The notes under the pieces are model-generated. The model made no database searches. It was not told where the DNA came from and saw only the letters and a program-made list of their open reading frames with translations. Positions 14,643 to 28,185 of a DNA stretch of 64,000 bases are shown here, in pieces (the first letter of the stretch is position 1; each line of letters opens with the position of its first letter). Made by a program: the position numbers and the translations under genes. Origin of the DNA: Octopus sinensis. Its lineage: Eukaryota. The DNA lies in assembly GCF_006345805.1 (NCBI RefSeq), contig NC_042999.1, positions 125,364,001-125,428,000 of the forward strand, in the 5' to 3' direction.

Positions 14643-15668
14643 AGAGAGAGGGATTTAGAAAAAAAAATTTCTCCTTGCATTTTGTACAATATTTGATGTT
14701 AAACTATTTTTTATGCTGTCTGTTAACTCTGTTCATTTAACCAATCAAATAAGTAAGCAAGAATTATTAGGTTTTAAACTGATAATTTTGTAAGTAAAAT
14801 TTCAGTGAAGTTATTGGGGAGATTTATAGTGCAGAATATGGCAACAGTTGTGACCCATAGTTTTTCAGTTAACGTTATAGCTCTTCTTGCAATGAATACT
14901 GTAGTTCTTCAAAAAGGGTTAAGATTCTTTTCATTGACTTATTTTATAGGAAATTATATTTAGAAAATACAAATGCTTTAAAATTTTAAAATAAAGCAAT
15001 TTAAAATTTAAAAAAAGACTATAATTCAAATATTATCAACTTGGAAATTAGCTTCAACTAACTACTGAAAGAATAATAGTTTAAGACATTCAGCGTTTAA
15101 AGATAGAAAGTCAGCTCTTACACATTTAGATGGTTGAAGTAAAAGTCCAGCATCTTGAACAAAATTAGTTGCTTTGAGGGGATCAGAGGAAAAATCCCAG
15201 CTGTGTCAACGGCATAGCAGCAACACATGATTATTAAAGTGAACTTTCCCATTACCCCAGTCAGTTCTTCTTTGATGTCATACATTTTATATATACACTG
15301 ATGTAGATACAGATGGATTTTTGTTTATATAAGAGATAAAAAGTAATATCACTTTGTAGTAAAAGTTTTTTGATAAATACACTGGAAGTAGAGAGTTTCT
15401 CATGTCTTCTACATATTTATAGTAGACGTATTTATAGACTGGAGAAGAAACATTCGAATATTGAAGAATTTCAGTTAAATTAACAACACAGGAGTTGGAC
15501 AAAAATAATGGAAATACCACTTTTATTTAGCTATTTTTCCAATTGGCAATATGACTAATTCAGAACTGTTCTAGTCTTTTTATATGTGTTCATATGCTAT
15601 ATGTATGCCTTGTACTTCATGATATAGCCCTCTGGTTTTCCCTTTTTGCAGATATTTATATTTAAATA

Positions 15669-16924
15669 TTAGGTCGTCAAGTATGAAATTTGTAGTAAGG
15701 TATATGGTAAACTTTGACAGATACACATTTTGTGCCATTATTATATTTTGACAATCTTCATTTTTTGTTAGAAAGCTGATACATTTATTTCTTTATTCTC
15801 ATTTTGCGCTTTATTAAGTATTTATAAATCATTTTTTGCTATTTTTGTTTAGAGATAGATAAATCAGGAATTCGTGCAGTTTTGAAATTTGAGTTCTTTC
15901 TTGGAAATACAGCATCACAGACACCTCGGAATATTAATGGAGTATTTCATTCTATTGTTGTTACACAGCAGACAGTATCAAATTGGTTTGCAAAATTTCG
16001 TTCTGGCAACTTTGACCTCACAAATGAGCAACGCGGTCAACCAGAAACAAAGGTGGAAAATGACAAACTGAAAGCTATTGTCGAGTCAGATCCATCTCAA
16101 AGTGCCTGTGAATTATCGTTGTTGTTTGGTGTTAGCAAGCAAACAATACTGACTCACCTACTTCAAATTGGTAAAATGAAAAAGTTGGATAAGTGGGTTC
16201 TATATGAACACAAGGAAAATCAGAAACAGCAACGTTTAGAAGCCTGCATTATGCTACTTTCTCGTCACAAAAATGAATCATTTTGGAATTAAATTGTAAC
16301 ATGATAAGAAATGGATCCAATACAACTGTAAACGTTCAGTACAATGGTTGGACAAAGACAAGCCACCAAAACACAGTCTAAAAAGCAAAATTCATCAAAA
16401 GAAGCTGATGGTGTGTTTGGTGGTCTGGCGCAGGTGTGATCCATTATAATTTCATTAAACCTGGCTCATCAATCATGGCCAAAGTATACTACAGCCAACT
16501 GGACCAAATGATGCAGAAACTTACAAAAAAAAAGCAGCCTAGATTAGTCAACAGATCCACTCCTATTTTATTGCAAGACAATGCCAGACCACATATCGTA
16601 AAAATGACATTGGCGAAACGACAGGAGTTGAAATTGGAAGTTCTCCATCATCTATCATACTCACCTGATCTTGCCTCCACTGACTAATTTGGATAACTTT
16701 TTGATAGGAAAAAATTTGATTCTGATGATGCTATAAAACAGGCCTGCTAAGATTTTATTGACTCTAGATTGCCAGGCTTTTACAGTTCTGGGCTGGACAA
16801 GCTACCACTGAAATGGCAAAAGTGTATTGACAACATGGGTGCATACTTTGATGAATAAAACTATTTGTATTTATAAAACATTAGCAAACATTTTTTTCTA
16901 CAAATTTCATACTTGACGACCTGA
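15669..16924 (+). mobile_element. Full-length inactive mariner transposon (1256 bp)
   Basis: 27-bp TIRs ttaggtcgtcaagtatgaaatttgtag / ctacaaatttcatacttgacgacctga with TA on both sides; transposase pieces with WVLYEH (WVPHEL-like), LLQDNARPH and YSPDLASTD; stops and frameshifts. Confidence 0.93.
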
Positions 16925-16944
16925 TAAGTCAAAATACAAGACCA

Positions 16945-17505
16945 ATCTGATTTCCAAAGAGGACAGATTGTTGGAATGCAGGTGGCTAGAGCTTCAGTCA
17001 TGAAAATTGCTGGATTGTTTTATGTTTTGAGAGATCCAGTCTCTAAAACAATGTTGGTAGTGCAGATCCAAGGTAAAACCACCACTGGCAAGCATAATTC
17101 TGGATGGAAGACAAACTTTACGGAGAGGTACGCAGAATAATGAAACATATTGTTTAAAAACTATCAAACTGTAGCAGCAAAAGTGACAGCAGAACTGAAC
17201 CATCTTACCAGTGCTGTGTCACACAAAACTGTCCATTGTGAACTCAATAAAGGTGGCTATCATGGGAGGGCTGTAATTGCTAAATCTCTGTTGTCCTCCA
17301 TCAAAATTCATAGGTAGAACAAATGGTAACCAGGCTATCAGAAGTGGTCAATAGCTCAATGGAATCACCATTCACCATTTATCCCAGCTCAGGGAAAGTT
17401 TATGTCAGGAAACAGCCCAAAGAAATCTTCAATTCTGATTATGTGGTCCCCTACCATGATGCATGGAGGTGGCCCTGTGACGATTTGGGCAGTCATATCA
17501 CAGAA
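16945..17505 (+). mobile_element. Tc1-like transposase remnant
   Basis: Reads SDFQRGQIVGMQVARASVMKIAGLF, AAKVTAELN, GGYHGRAVIAKSLLS and ESPFTIYPSSGKVYVRKQPKE, typical of Tc1 N-terminal and core segments, with frameshifts. Confidence 0.75.
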
Positions 17506-17659
17506 TCCTCTCTCTCTATATACATATATAAAATTATAGTTAAGGGCATCTAAAAGATACCATCATGCTAGACATAGCAGTCAAAACTTGACTCTAAAGC
17601 CACATCAAATATTCATACAGCACCAGAAGAGAAGACAAAGGGACAAAATAAACTAGCAA

Positions 17660-18060
17660 AAATATTATTGGATAATTCCTACATCGGAAGCACATGAAAA
17701 CTGCATGTATACATTAAGGAACACATTCAGGCAGATACTTCCATGAAGAGACATCCACAGAAATGCTAGACCTGGGAGTTCACAGTGCACATCAAGGCAA
17801 CACAGCAAAACAGGGGCAACCTTAGAATCTCTGAGGCTATCCTCATACACCAAAAGAAACCCAAGATCAATAATATAAAGGAGTTACAGGAAGCTAGCTG
17901 GTTGCTATAGCAACACCCTTCTGTGCATGTCCACTCCACACTGCACATCGGCAACATTCGACAATATCTTGAAAATGGAGTCATAACCCCGAAATAGTGA
18001 ATACAAGGTAAGTCTACATTAATTCACATATTTGATTTCTTGTGATTTACCGTGCATTTA
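17660..18060 (+). mobile_element. Penelope-like element 3' remnant (GIY-YIG endonuclease plus pLTR)
   Basis: YIGST*KLHVYIKEHI..LRISEAILIHQKKPKINNIKE matches the PLE GIY-YIG pattern; followed by a hammerhead-like ttgaaaat-ggagt-cata-acccc-gaaa at about 17969-17994. Confidence 0.75.
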
Positions 18061-18099
18061 CTTCGCATTGTTTTGGCCTTACCCGCTATCTTTTATACA

Positions 18100-19030
18100 A
18101 TATTTTCTACACAATGCTTCACAGTAATTATTCCTTATACATATTCCCGAGAAAGTGGGGCTTATCCCTTGGTTCTGTTCTCATAACTGTTTCGCTAATC
18201 CAATAACAACAATACAGATATGTAGCCCTTAAAGCGGTTTTTGTGCATTTACAGAGAATACTGAACTATCTTACACAGGATCTTGTTTTTAGGAATTCCC
18301 AATAAGTTATGAATATCCAAATTGTGAAATCAATTATTTAACAACATGAAATTAGTTACCCAATAGTAAGAATTCAAATAAAGTAGCCCAAAAAGAGCTT
18401 TAATGCATTCCCAGAGTATCTAGAACATAGAGGAAATACTAACAAGGTATGTATACTAAAATCGTGAAGCATGTTATGTAATAATAGGCTAATCAAATAT
18501 GAGATAATAACAATTTAAAGTAAATAACTCTGAAAAGGGCTTTTTGCACTCACAGAGAATATTATCCTTGGGGGCACTAGTATTGGTATATTCGTGAATA
18601 AGTCACTAACCAAAATAAGTGGATGTATTGTTTAGGAAAATACTATTTACTTGTTTAAGGGTTGCACTGGATAAATTGCAAAAATAGCTCTAACAGTTCA
18701 AATACTAAGAGATAAGCATATTCAATTTGATTTATACCAAATAACTTAGGAAAATGAATGGGTTATTTCCCTTAGCTATATATAAGGATCCATTCCAGGA
18801 GCAAATGAGTTATTTCCCTTGGTTTTTAAAATAAAATATATTAGATATATATAAGGATCCCTTCCAGGGGCCCTATTATCGATATTTTTCAATAATCTGA
18901 GTATGCCATGAGGTTTCCAGGCATGAGTTCTACTCATGTGTCAAATTTCATCAAAATCGATAAAACGATGTAGAAGGAGTTAGCTAACAACTCCACAAAT
19001 ACACCCACAAACAGAATTTCCCACATATGT
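18100..19030 (+). mobile_element. Probable non-autonomous Helitron/Helentron-like element with internal repeats
   Basis: Repeated gttatttccctt / tatataaggatcc and ttttgcac..cagagaata units; ends aaatttcatcaaaatcg..ggagttag..cacaaac..tatata. Confidence 0.4.
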
Positions 19031-19225
19031 AATATATATATATATATACATATAGGGAAGGAACTATTCAGATATGAACATTCATAAAGATATTATTATT
19101 GTTAATATAATCTGTGGTAAATATAAGATATTGATAATAATAACAGCAATAATATAGGTGGTTACAGGTATTGAATAGCATCAAGTAGCTATAAAATTAA
19201 AATTAGCATTAAGTATAAGGATGTC

Positions 19226-19468
19226 CTGGGCATCTAACCTGTTTAGAAATAGGAATCAATACCCCAATAAACCACCAATGACACTGAAAATATGACAGAG
19301 AACAACAGTAAGCGGGTGAATGGTTAAGAATTAAAAACATACCATTAAAGATAATGGCATAATTCTTTAACCGTTTGCCTGATTATTGTTGTTCTCTGTC
19401 ATATTTTCAGTGTTAATGGTGGTTTATTGGGGTTTTGACTCCTACTTCTAAACAGGTTAGATGCCCAG
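19226..19468. repeat. Long imperfect inverted repeat (about 108-bp arms, about 27-nt spacer)
   Basis: ctgggcatctaacctgtttagaa..ggttaagaatta (19226-19333) is the reverse complement of taattctttaacc..ttctaaacaggttagatgcccag (19361-19468). Confidence 0.9.
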
Positions 19469-21096
19469 TCTGTCCTTTTGCTTAGTCCCTCTTTGCTTCT
19501 CATTTACCTCTACTATATCTCACTTCTAGTCTTACACTAATTATTTCCTCTGGTCTTTTCTTCCCAGAATATCAACTGTAATTCCCTCCTTGACAATGAT
19601 TTTCTTAAAGACATCAAAACTTACAGACATTCAATCTTAATGCAATGCAAACCACATCAGTTTTACCAGTCTCGGAGAGGTTGCAAAGGTCATAAGTATA
19701 GCTCCTTTAACTTGACCAAAAACAAAAGAAAAAGACTACACCACCCAATCCGCTTTTCCCCTCATACAGTATAAGATATATACCTGAAAGAGAGATTTAT
19801 TTGCTATATCAAGCAGGCCACACATTCTTTCTTTGGCTCATATTTTACATTGATTGTGAGCAGCTAAACTGACTAAAACTCAAGAAAATATTATGCACAA
19901 GATTAGAGAGTAATCTCCTCACAGACTAAGACCAACTCTCAGTATTTTAGCGACTATCCTTTAAAGGTTCTGCTAGTTTAATAAAAATCATCTTTTGTTG
20001 TATCACAGAAATAAGTTTCCAAAACCAATTCATATTGATCAGCAACTTTTCTTATAGATATTTTCATGTATGTGCGTGTGTGTATAGATATATAGATATA
20101 GGTAGATAGACAGATAGATATGTGTGTATTCATACACACACACATAATCATCATCATCATCATCGTTTATCATCCGTTTTCCATGCTGGCATGGATTGGA
20201 CAATTTGACTAGGATCTGGGAAGCTAGGAGGCTGCACTAGGTTCCAATCTGATTTAAAACACTGCCAGATCAGATTGGAGCCTGGTGCAGCCTCCTGGCT
20301 TCCCAGACCCCAGTCAAACTAGCCAACCCATGCCAGCATGGAAAACAGCCGTTAAACGATGACGATGATGATGATGTATGTGTGTGTGTATGTGCATGTT
20401 ACACACACACACACACACACATATACATAAATATATGCACACACACACACACATATACATATTCTCACTTGAACTCTCCTTGTCACTAATGTTGTCCAAG
20501 AGAAAAGTATGATAAAAAGTAAAGTTCAGACACTAAAAGGCATCCTGTCCAACACCCTTACAATTCTGCTGAACCATTACTTTAGACAAGTACTTTACTT
20601 TATCAACCCTGAATTTCCAAGGTGAACTGCAGCGGGACTCAACCTAAAACAACATGGCTGGAAAGCAAACTTCTTATCAACACAGCTATGCCTGCACTTA
20701 AAATCCAGCAATACCTCCCGCATCCAATAAGTTAAATAAAAATTGTGTTCAAGGGAAACCACCTCATCTACAGATGAGCCAACAAAGACTTTCACTATGC
20801 AGTCATTTGGCAGCAAGAAATAGCAACTAAATCTCCCTCAAATCCCCTCTTACATATTTTAAAAATGGAATGATATATTAGACAAAGTAGAGATGCAAAA
20901 CAGACAGAATGGTCACTGATAGAACACTTTCAGTCAAAAGTCTACTTAATCAGGATTAAACAATAACTAATCTCATTAATAAATCATTAATAACTCTTTG
21001 AATCATTTTAAGTTGTTAATATAATATTTAATTGGTCATTTAAGAGAATATCCTCTCTCAGAAAAACAATGATCATAACAACAGCTTTGATTGTTC

Positions 21097-21168
21097 TCAA
21101 ATAACATTAATTTCTCCTATAATGTTGACAACTCTGTTTTTGTATTTCTTGGACACTTCACCTTCAAT
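21097..21168 (-). CDS. CDK5RAP3: CDK5RAP3 (C53) coding exon 14 (last)
   Basis: IEGEVSKKYKNRVVNIIGEINVI*; ttttcag acceptor; similar to the human C-terminus IEADISKRYSGRPVNLMG. Confidence 0.93.
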   Translation of the reverse strand: MEGEVSKKYKNRVVNIIGEINVI

Positions 21169-21669
21169 CTGAAAAGAAAAGAAAGCATATTTAGTATTTT
21201 CTCTCATCTCTAAAATAATTTCATCTTCATAACAAAAAGAATATGTTCAGAAACTGTTATTCATTTTATTAACTTGAATTTATCTTTGACTTTCACATAT
21301 GGTGTAAATTTGGAGTTTTAATAACATTGTTAATTTATTTTTCCATGCTGGTATGTGTTGGACAAGAATTATTGAAGCAGTATCCTATGGCTGGGCATCC
21401 TTACTGTTGCTAATCTTACCCATATTTCAAGTTAGGTACTTTTATTTGACTTGTCTTCACATACTGAAACAGCCAAACATCGTCACTACCCAAATGGTGT
21501 CATGTGAAGACACACAAAAATGAACATGCACACACACATACATGCATGTGTTTTTTTGTTTTGTTTTTTAATTAATTTGTCCCAAACAAGGCTTGCAACC
21601 ACTATAGCTTAAGAGACTACAAAACAAACAAAAGATACAAGAAAAAAAAAGAAGAGGCCTACATATTCA

Positions 21670-22535
21670 AAAGATGTTGATCAATAGAAAGCTTAAAGAA
21701 ATGAATATCATAGGGCTGAAGAAAATAAAACAATGGTAGTAAGTTCCAGAGAACAGTAGTTGGAGGAAAGAAGCTATTAGAATTAAAGGAATTATGTTTA
21801 ATAGGAAACCTGATAAAGAAATGATATGACTGGAAGGCGGTGAGCTGGCAGAAACGTTGACATGCTGGGTGAAATGCTTAGCAGTATTTCGTCTGCCGTT
21901 ATGTTCTGAGTTTGAATTCTGCCGAGGTCGACTTTGCCTTTCATCCTTTCAGGGTCAATAAATTAAGTACCAGTTATGAACTGGGGTCGATATAATCGAC
22001 TTAATCCCTTTGTCTGTCCTTGTTTGTCCCCCTCTATGTTTAGCCTCTTGTGGGCAATAAAGAAATAAGAAATGATATGACTGGAAAGTAACAAGAGGCA
22101 GGTAACAAGTTTAAAGGTCCTGACAGAGGGTACCAGGTGAGAAATACCATCAGAGCAATGATCACTGAAATACTTATAGAAAAGATACAACGAAGATACA
22201 TTTCGATGATGAGCCAAAGACTCCAACCTAGCAAAAAGAAGAGGACTGACCATGTTAACAACACAATTCTGATTTTGATCAAGCAAGTTATTAAGGTTAC
22301 CAGAGGAGGCACCAGCCCAAAAATGACAGTAATATTCAATGTAAGGTTGAATGGTGGCCTTATAGGGATTCAAGCTATTTTCAGGCATTAGAAATTTGTG
22401 AGCATGGAAAAAAGATCCAACCTTCTTAGCAGATGACATGGCAATAAGCTGAACATATTTGTTCCAAAAGAGATCCTTAGTCCAGGTCAAACCAAGAAGT
22501 CAGACACTATAGCTTTCTGCAAGATCAACCCTCTC
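21670..22535 (-). mobile_element. CR1/Jockey-group LINE 3' fragment, interrupted by a family A SINE (about 21836-22066)
   Basis: YKATIQPYIEYYCHFWAGAS..LESLAHHRNVSSLYLFYKYF; SINE flanked by a duplicated agaaatgatatgactggaa. Confidence 0.75.
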
Positions 22536-22809
22536 CATAGCAACAAACACACACACACACACACACACACTACATCACATATATAACAGGTTTCAGTACA
22601 GTTTTCATTTACCAATTTTTACTCCCAAAATATTGGTCAGTCCAAGGAGGCTATAGTAGAAGACACTTACTCAAGGCGACATACAGTGGGATAGACCTTA
22701 AACCATGTGGTTATGAAGTAAACTTTGTTACCAATAGCCATGCCTGTGTAATGTATGTAGATGATATAAGCTGCATATATAAACTGTATACTAATATTCT
22801 AATCCTTAC

Positions 22810-22981
22810 CTGTTTTTTAAGCTCTTTTGTTTCACTCCGTAAGGCATCAAGTTTTGGTTGTAGCTCTCCTTCTTCTCTTTGAGCTTCTTGTCTTCTCCTT
22901 GCCATTTCCTTTTCTTGAAAGACCATCTTATCTGCCAGAATCAGGTTTTGTCGTAAACTCTCTTCCAATCTTTCAACATAC
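22810..22981 (-). CDS. CDK5RAP3: CDK5RAP3 coding exon 13
   Basis: YVERLEESLRQNLILADKM..LQPKLDALRSETKELKKQ; cag/gtaag boundaries, phase 2 to 0. Confidence 0.93.
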
Positions 22982-24070
22982 CTGAAAAATAATGAAACAT
23001 TGTTTATTCCTCAGCTACTTTTATAAACTTAGACTAAATATAACGAGTACTGTTGGAAGAATGATTGACACAGGGATAAGCTGGCACTATCAAAGATCAA
23101 GTAGAGCAGGAAGTAAAAACACTAAGCACATAAAAGTGACAAGAGCCTAAGAGGTGGAATATTGGTGTAATAATCCAATCTATATCCCAATTTATATGAA
23201 TGTAAGGCAATGAGGTGGCAGAATCATTAGCATGCTGGGTGAAATGCTTAGCGGCATTTCATCTATCTTCATTTCAGTTCAGATTCCGCTGATGTCAACT
23301 TTGCCTTTCATGCTTTCAGGATTGATAAAATAAATACCTTGTTGAGTACCAGGGTTGATGTAATTGACTTGCTCCCACATTAAAAAATGCCGGCCTTGTG
23401 CCAAAACTTGAAATTAATTTATATGAACAGGCGAATGAGAATAAAAATAGATATACTTCCTATTTCACAGTTGTACAACTTCCACCAATATAACAAGATG
23501 AAGATGATATCTGGATTGTGTAATCAAAATCTTTTAGGATATTCTCTAAAACCTAGAAACATTTTCTCCATATATATTCCACTGTTCCTGACTTGTTTTT
23601 TTTTCTAATTAAAGATTATCAATGTCCTTCAATTTTGATACTAACTCCACACTCTTATACAACAAACACATGATATTATAACTATATTTTTGTTGATTGA
23701 ATTTCTTAGATAATTTTTACCTTGCTGAAGTTTCTGTGACATACAGAACTACAGAATATTGTCCTGATATTTACACCATCCACAAATTTTTTTCACCATC
23801 TTAAGCAGAACCTATTATGTAACATCACAACGGGCGATTTTACATAAGGTAGATAACTCTACCATATGTCGAATTGTCTCTATTTACTTTTTCACTTGAG
23901 AGCAGATAGAGTTTTCAGGCAATATGGTGAATATTTTTATTCTAAAGAAATACCTTTTAGGTGAAATGAATCTTTGTCGTTAGCTAACTTAATATATGGT
24001 TTTAGCATCTAATTATAGGAAACTAACAGAGATAAAAATACAAATTTCAAGATTAAAGTTTGATTAAATA

Positions 24071-24134
<64 letters not shown>

Positions 24135-24245
24135 TATATATAATGTCCAACCCATGTCAACATAGAAAATGGATGTATGATGATGATGATGAATGTTAGC
24201 ATAGAATGTACAGAATGAAACAACAAAAAGAAAGCATGTCCTTAC

Positions 24246-24448
24246 TTTGGAGATCGTTTAATTTGCAATAAATGCTTCGTGTGTTCTAAAGCAAAGAGGT
24301 CCCAGGCTGTTTTTACTAGATTTATCATTGAAGAGATATCTTCAGGTGACAGAAGGATATCCTGTGATGCATTTTCAAACTGACTCATACTTAGGGTATT
24401 CACAGGCTCTCGGAGTTCATTTAAGCGTTGGTTGAGAAAAAATTCCAG
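24246..24448 (-). CDS. CDK5RAP3: CDK5RAP3 coding exon 12
   Basis: LEFFLNQRLNEL..LSMSQFENA..KHLLQIKRSP(K); cag/gtaag boundaries. Confidence 0.93.
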
Positions 24449-25716
24449 CTGTGGAAATACATATATTCATATACGGTACATTACATAGACTGACAAGGTA
24501 ATTATTTCAAGAGTAATGATTTCAAATCAGCGGCATTATTTCAATGTACATTTTTCCTTCTCATACTGGAACTGGTGCAGCTCTCCTGCTTACTAGCTGT
24601 GGTCAAACCATCCAACTTATGCCAGCATGAAAAGTGGACATTAAAGGAGGATGATAATGATGTTTCTTTTTTCCATTCTGATAAGAGTTGGATAGATCGA
24701 TAACACAGAATTGATATAATCACATCTGAAGCTTAGCATCATACTAGTTGACTCACTGCTACTTCTCATTCCCTAAATCATCAGTGTTGGCTTAATGACA
24801 CTGATGCAAGAGACATAGATTTCTATGGTATCAAGCTCAGTACTTTTAATTTATGAGTTTTGATTTCACCAAGCTTCACACTGCCTTTCATACATCGAAA
24901 ATAGATAAAACATGCTAATAATATAATAAGGACCATTCAATTGATCACCTTTTATCTTTTACTTGTTTCAGTCATTGGACTGCGACCATGCTGGGGCACC
25001 ACATTGAAGGGTTTAATTGAACAAATCAACCCCAGTACTTATTCTTTTTAAGTCTGTTGGTCTCTTTTGGCAAATCTGCTAAGTTACAAGGACATAAGCA
25101 AACCAACACCAGTTGTCAAATAGTGGTGGGGAAGCCACACACAAATACAAAGACACACAGACATACATACATATGATAGGCTTCTACACAGTTTCCATCT
25201 AACAAATTCACTCACAAGTCACTGGTCAGCCTAGAGCTATAGTAGAAGACACTTGCCCAAGGTGCTACAAAGTTGGATTGAACCTAAAACCATTTAGCTG
25301 CAAAGCAAGTTTCTTATCCACACAAACATGCCTGCACCTATAGTATGTCTACTTTTCATTTTAAAAATATCCTAAGCCATTTCAAAAAGAAAAAAATCTT
25401 TATTGTTTCAGTCTCTTTTGTACTGTTGGTATCCATTGAATAAATACAATGAATAGATTTTTCAGATAATCTGAAAGACTGTTTATCTAATTTCAACCAG
25501 TTGTTTGTCTCTTGGAAGTAAAACTCCAATCAACTAGAAATTTTCTAAATTAGTTTAATTAGCACATATCTAAATTATTTTGAAATATCTGCAACTAGTT
25601 TTCTACAGAAATTTTATCAATAAACATATGCAGTCAGCAGAAATGAGTGGCTCTATATATTCCTACACAAATTTTCAAATTAAAAAATTAATTGTATTCA
25701 TTAGACTAAGAACTGT

Positions 25717-25942
25717 TTAAACCTTTAGCATTTAAACCAGCCATATCTGACTAAAATGTTCTCTCTGTTTTATGGCCAAACCAGCCACAACTGGCCTCTC
25801 ACACTTACCCTGCAATGTTATTCTAAAAATAAACAAACACATCATTAAAATCTCAAAGCTTTAAGATATTGCATGATTAATTCAAAACAATGAATTAATA
25901 AGTGTTAAATTTGTCAGAGTAATATGAATGTAAAAGGGTTAA
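25717..25942 (+). mobile_element. About 220-bp TTAA-flanked MITE (piggyBac-like ends). Copies at about 27688-27914, 38709-38893, 11313-11500(-), 35000-35175(-)
   Basis: Termini ttaa-ccctttagcatt / aatgctaaaggg-ttaa (cleanest at 38709-38893) and a shared internal sequence. Confidence 0.8.
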
Positions 25943-25972
25943 ATATAAAGACAGTACAAACAATACTTTTAC

Positions 25973-26058
25973 CTCCATCAAGTCTTCCATCAACAAATTT
26001 CTTGTATCCAGGGCCTCAAGAACTGTGAGGGCATCATTACCTCGGGCTACTCCACGTT
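25973..26058 (-). CDS. CDK5RAP3: CDK5RAP3 coding exon 11
   Basis: RGVARGNDALTVLEALDTRNLLMEDLME, similar to human GVARGPDALTLLEYTETRNQFLDELME. Confidence 0.95.
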
Positions 26059-26914
26059 CTAAATTAATGAAACAGTTAAGCTTGAAAGTCTGTGTTCTTA
26101 CCTATAATGCCAAACCAATATTCTTTCACCCTCACCTCCACTACCCTATAGATATGGTGAGAACTGAGGAAATAACTAACCTAATCCTCCTACTTTAATT
26201 TATCATTACTTTACAAGTGTGTGTGTATGTGCGTGCGTGCATGTGCAGGTATGTTCATCTGTATGTAATGATGTTATTATTTAGACCCTTGTAAGCCAAG
26301 ATCAAGCAGACTTATGATCAAAAACATCCATCTTATTGTACGTTAAGAATTTCATTGTCCAGAATGTCCTTCTTTACTTAAGATGGGATTTGGTTGCTAT
26401 TTCTAGCAGGATGAGCAACCTTATGCAGGCATGTGTGTGTGTGAGAGAGAGAGAGTGTGTGTGACATGTTTCACTTAAGCAGAACAATTAACTTAAAAGG
26501 TTTCAAATTTTGCAACAGTTCAATAAACCACAGAGAAACACACTTATATATCTAACTTGAAAGGACCATTTTTTAAGCTACTCAATTACTTTCATGGCTT
26601 TGAGCCTTTTGTTACTGTATTTCTCTGTTGAAATACACTGCCTTTCTGTCAGTTACATTTTAAAAACAATGAAAAATCTAATAAAATAACTTTGTCCTTG
26701 ATGACTTGATGTTTGGAACATACATTACCATGGAATCTTACTGGAAGGTTTCAATTTAGATCACTTGAAAACAGGAAGTTTGAATCATAGAACTAGGGGT
26801 GATTTTAGGAATGGGGTGTTAAAAGGATCAAAGGGAAACCATTCCCCTGTGAAATGTACTTCCAAGATGAACATCTTTCAAAAATGAATATTGTAAATCT
26901 GCCTTTAATAATTA

Positions 26915-27424
26915 GACTGTATAACGAAATTTTTATTTTTTTCATTTATTTATTTATTGTCTTTGGTCAGTAAGTGTTATTTCCTATTTGCTTCTATCTA
27001 GAAATCAAAGGAAATGACTACTACTCTACTATTCCCTTCAAACTTTGCTTTTGTGACCTGGACATCAATGTATTGAAACTGACTCATTTTCCATTACATT
27101 TCAGACAGATTCAGCACTGAGTTGCTGAAGCAGAAATATCATTATAGCAAATATTCTGCTCAATACCACAGATTTGCTTGCCAGTTGCTTGATCTTAACC
27201 ACCTGAGCATGTCTCTTCATGGCTGATAATATGTGCCTCTCTGATCATGAGCAGGAGCATTAGGAAAGCATCATAGCCATGTGTTAAGAGGGATTCTTTT
27301 GAGTTTGAATAAATGTAACAAAAGTATAGTTTGAAGGAAATATTAGCCATTATTCATACTTTCTAAGGGTAAGCAAATAGGAAATATCAGTTGCTACCCA
27401 AGGACAAAAATTGTGTTACACAGT
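26915..27424. mobile_element. Fold-back MITE with long imperfect terminal inverted repeats
   Basis: ttgtctttggtcagtaagtgttatttcctatttgctt pairs with aagcaaataggaaatatcagttgctacccaaggacaa; inner ttcccttcaaact / agtttgaaggaaa. Confidence 0.55.
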
Positions 27425-27514
27425 GTAATAGATACAATGGGTGACTATTAAGAAAGCATTCAGGACTAGAGACAAAGATTAGGGATGATAAATGTAAACA
27501 AAGGGAATACAAAC

Positions 27515-27590
27515 CTTTAATTTTAGCAGGTTCTTTAGATGTCTTATCAGTGGTTTCTGTGTCATCTCCCCAATCTATTCCACCATTTGT
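27515..27590 (-). CDS. CDK5RAP3: CDK5RAP3 coding exon 10
   Basis: TNGGIDWGDDTETTDKTSKEPAKIK; contains an IDWG motif; phase 0 to 1. Confidence 0.9.
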
Positions 27591-28185
27591 CTGTTAAAGT
27601 TAATTGAAAAATAGAAAAAAAATTATGAATTAGTCATGTTTCACAATTATTTATTTAAACATAACAAGCAAAGGTGACTTAATGGTGTTAACCTTTTAGC
27701 TTTTAAACCAGCCATATCTGGTCCGAATATTCTACTTGTTTTGTATTCAAACCAACCAGATCTGGTATCTCACACCTACCTTACAATGTCATTCTGGAAA
27801 TAAACAATCAATCATCAAAATCTTGAACCTACAAGATACTGCATGATTAATTCAAAACAATGTGAATAAATAAGCATTATTTTTGACAGAGTAATCTGAA
27901 TACTAAAGGGTTAAATGTATTTTTTGAAATATTAAGGCTCTGAAGTTTTAAAAAAAATGTTGCCCATAAGACAAGGTATCTCCTACTTAAGAATCAAGCA
28001 GTTTATAGTAAGCAGTAAAAACAATATAAAACAAAAAAATTTGAAATTATGTGAAATAGCTTAAAATCGAAGAACTTTCTTCAAACTAGTTGAGATAATT
28101 TTTACTTGGTATAAATAAAAAATCTCAACAGATGGCAGACTCAGTAAAGATCAGAAAATGAAAATAAAAGAAGACATAATCCTAC

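Noticed and set aside
15121-15530. Possible coding remnant (DTDGFLFI resembling a polymerase B DTD motif)
   Set aside because: Multiple stops, no other motifs and no convincing splice signals
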